A stretch of DNA of 64,000 nt, from assembly GCA_963920595.1 (NCBI GenBank), contig OY986948.1, positions 2,976,001-3,040,000 of the forward strand. The letters run 5' to 3'. How positions within the stretch are numbered: the first letter of the stretch is position 1; every line of letters starts with the position of its first letter. Below the pieces are notes generated by a model. The model searched no databases and was not told the origin of the DNA. It was given only the letters and a program-made list of their open reading frames with translations. Position numbers and translations under genes: made by a program. Source of the DNA: Eimeria praecox. Its lineage: Eukaryota. Positions 60,739 through 64,000 of this stretch are shown in pieces.

Positions 60739-61172
60739 TTTTATTTATTTATTTATTTTATTTATTTATTTATTTAATTAGTTTATTAATTAAGTAATTT
60801 ATTTATCTATTTATTTTATTTATTTTATTTTATTTAATTTTATTTTATTTATTTTATTTTATTTAGATAGTTATTTAGTTAGTTATTTTGTTGTTGTATT
60901 TGTTTTATTTGTTTTGTTGTATCTTATTTCGTTGTTTTATTTTCTGTTTTATTTTATTTATTTGTTTTATTTTATTTATTTGTTTTGTTTGTTTTATTTT
61001 TTAGTTTATTTGTTTTATTTATTTTATTTATTTTAGTTTATTTTGTTTGTTTTGTTTATTTTATTTATTTATTTTATTTGTTTTATTTTAGTTTTTTATT
61101 TGTTTGTTTATTTTTTGTTTATTCTACTCTGTTTATTTGTGTATATTTTCATATATTTATATGTGTACGTAG

Positions 61173-61235
<63 letters not shown>

Positions 61236-61331
61236 TTTTAAGTATTCTATTCTATTCATTCTGTTTATATATTTATTTTTTCTATCTATATCTATCTACC
61301 TGGCTATATATACATATATATACATATATAC

Positions 61332-61400
<69 letters not shown>

Positions 61401-61427
61401 TCTGTACTACAGACAACTGCCTGCCTG

Positions 61428-61496
<69 letters not shown>

Positions 61497-63608
61497 TATG
61501 TTCTCCAGACAACTGCCTGCCTGTCAAGACACGGGCACAGCATTGATTTTAGGTAAGAAGGGACAAAACGTATTTACGTGCGGAGACGATGAAGAAAGTA
61601 TATCTAAGGGGGTATATTTGGCGTATACGAAGGGGAATCTTAGATATAGTCAGGTATATATTTATATTTATATTTAGATTTGTATTTATATTTATACTTA
61701 GATTTAGATCTAGATTTAATTGTTTTATTTATTTAATTATATTGTATTTAATTCTATTTAATACATATATTTAATTTTATTTTATTTGGGTTTTTCGTTT
61801 TTTTTTTGTTTTTACTTGATTTTAGAGTAGTTCAATTGCGCGTCTACTTAGCTTATACCAAGTATATATTTAATTAAATTAAATTAAATTAAATTAAATC
61901 AAATTAAATTAAATTAAATTAAATTAGATTAAATTAAATTAAATATATACTTATACCAAGTATATATTTAATTTAATTTAATTTAATTTAATTTAATTTA
62001 ATTTAATTTGATTTAATTTAATTTCATTATATTTAATTATGTTTTATTTATTTGTTTGTTTGTGTAGCTTATAATAAAAGAGATCTAGAGCATTTTTTGT
62101 AATTAGCTACGTTCGTATATTACTTAGTATTTAATTATTTATTTAATTATTTAATTATTTATATATTATAATAATATAATAATATTATCTTAATAATATA
62201 TTAATATTGATAATATAATAATATTATCTTAATAATATATTAAAAATATATTAATAAATTTATAATAATCTAATAAAAGTATAAAAACATATACGTCTTT
62301 GTACGTGGGGTGTACATGCAGATGTCTTTGTTTGATATGTACACCAGAAAACATAATTAGAATACAATAATACTACCATATATTACTAGCATATTAATAA
62401 TATAATAATATTATATTAATATTATATTAATATTATACTACTATTATACTACTATTATATTAATTAATTAGTAAAATAGACTAAAAATATATAAAAAATA
62501 TGAATATAATACACAAAAATACAAGAAAATGCGTATGTTTATGTACTTGGGGTGTACATGCAGGTGTCTCCTTTATACATATACAACAAACTCCATAATT
62601 AAAATACAATATTACTAATATATTATATATATATATATTAATATTATATTATATTATATTATATTATATTATATTATATTATATTATATTATATTATATT
62701 ATATTATATTATATTATATTATATTATATTATATTATATTATATTATATTATATTATATTATATTATATTATATTATATTATATTATATTATATTATATT
62801 ATATTATATTATATTATATTATATTATATTATATTATATTATATTATATTATATTATATTATATTATATTATATTATATTATATTATATTATATTATATT
62901 ATATTATATTATATTATATTATATTATATTATATTATATTATATTATATTATATTATATTATATTATATTATATTATATTATATTATATTATATTATATT
63001 ATATTATATTATATTATATTATATTATATTATATTATATTATATTATATTATATTATATTATATTATATTATATTATATTATATTATATTATATTATATT
63101 ATATTATATTATATTATATTATATTATATTATATTATATTATATTATATTATATTATATTATATTATATTATATTATATTATATTATATTATATTATATT
63201 ATATTATATTATATTATATTATATTATATTATATTATATTATATTATATTATATTATATTATATTATATTATATTATATTATATTATATATATATTATAT
63301 TAATTATATATATATATATATATTAATATTCTCCAACAAATATACAATTAATATCGTAATAAGATATTAAATTGTATCTAAAATTATATACTAAATACAT
63401 AAAAATGCGTAGAAATTTAATTTTTTTTTTGATATTTGCGGTGTATGTACAGATGTCTCCTTTAGATATGTATAATGAAGAAAATACTAAATGTAATTTG
63501 CCTGCACAAATCGATATTTCTGCTGTACGGGGAGATGAATATGAGCTCATGTTTGTTGCTAAGGGAGGAGGTAGCGCCAATAAAACTTTTCTATTTCAAG
63601 AGACGCGA
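59188..63608 (+). CDS. FH: Class I (Fe-S, FumA/FumB-type) fumarate hydratase, 5' part; exons 59188 (or 58909)-59470, 60430-60649, 61509-61653, 63453-63608; continues beyond the window
   Basis: The spliced sequence contains [34 protein letters not shown]...[36 protein letters not shown]...[15 protein letters not shown], diagnostic of class I fumarases ([13 protein letters not shown]). Intron phases 1, 2, 0 are consistent. [10 protein letters not shown]... is mitochondrial-transit-like. Confidence 0.95.
62645..63287. repeat. Perfect (ATATT)n pentamer array, ~640 bp, in fumarase intron 3
   Basis: Directly visible. Confidence 0.95.
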
Positions 63609-63666
63609 GTAAGAACAAAAATTAAGTAGAAATAATCGAAGAAGAAGGAGACAGACAGGTAGTTGT

Positions 63667-63751
<85 letters not shown>

Positions 63752-63807
63752 TAGTTATTAGATGAGGAGACAGGTAAAGAAGGAGGAGACAGACAGGTAG
63801 TTGTAGG

Positions 63808-63891
<84 letters not shown>

Positions 63892-64000
63892 CAGAGACAG
63901 AGACAGAGACAGAGACAGAGACAGAGACAGAGACAGAGACAGAGACAGAGACAGAGACAGAGACAGAGACAGAGACAGAGACAGAGACAGAGACAGAGAC

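Overview
Eukaryotic, intron-rich DNA with the hallmarks of a coccidian apicomplexan (Eimeria-like) repeat-rich segment. It has pervasive CAG/CTG repeats encoding poly-A/Q/S, interstitial AAACCCT telomere-type arrays and AT-rich microsatellite-filled introns. The taxon is inferred from these features. Most short ORFs in the track are repeat artefacts. Manual GT-AG splicing with phase checks gives about 8 genes: a partial WD40-like gene (+), a SNF2 Rad5/16-like ATPase (+, 3 exons), a hypothetical coiled-coil protein (+, 4 exons), a tail-anchored membrane protein (+, 7 exons), a ~1180-aa secreted protein (-, 28 exons, RON5-like architecture), an IQ-motif protein (-, 9 exons), a small conserved GQSSH..WK..LRQQFD protein (-, 3 exons) and the 5' part of a class I fumarate hydratase (+). 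The most notable unexplained signal is a dispersed 20-bp dyad, T-S-N-GGTGT-N4-ACACC-N-S-A, found as dozens of full or degenerate copies in exons, introns, splice sites and promoter regions. Other highlights are decayed duplicates of exon-intron junctions inside introns, an ATG split by an intron, and a 200-N gap that is really a 12-nt overlap inside an exon.
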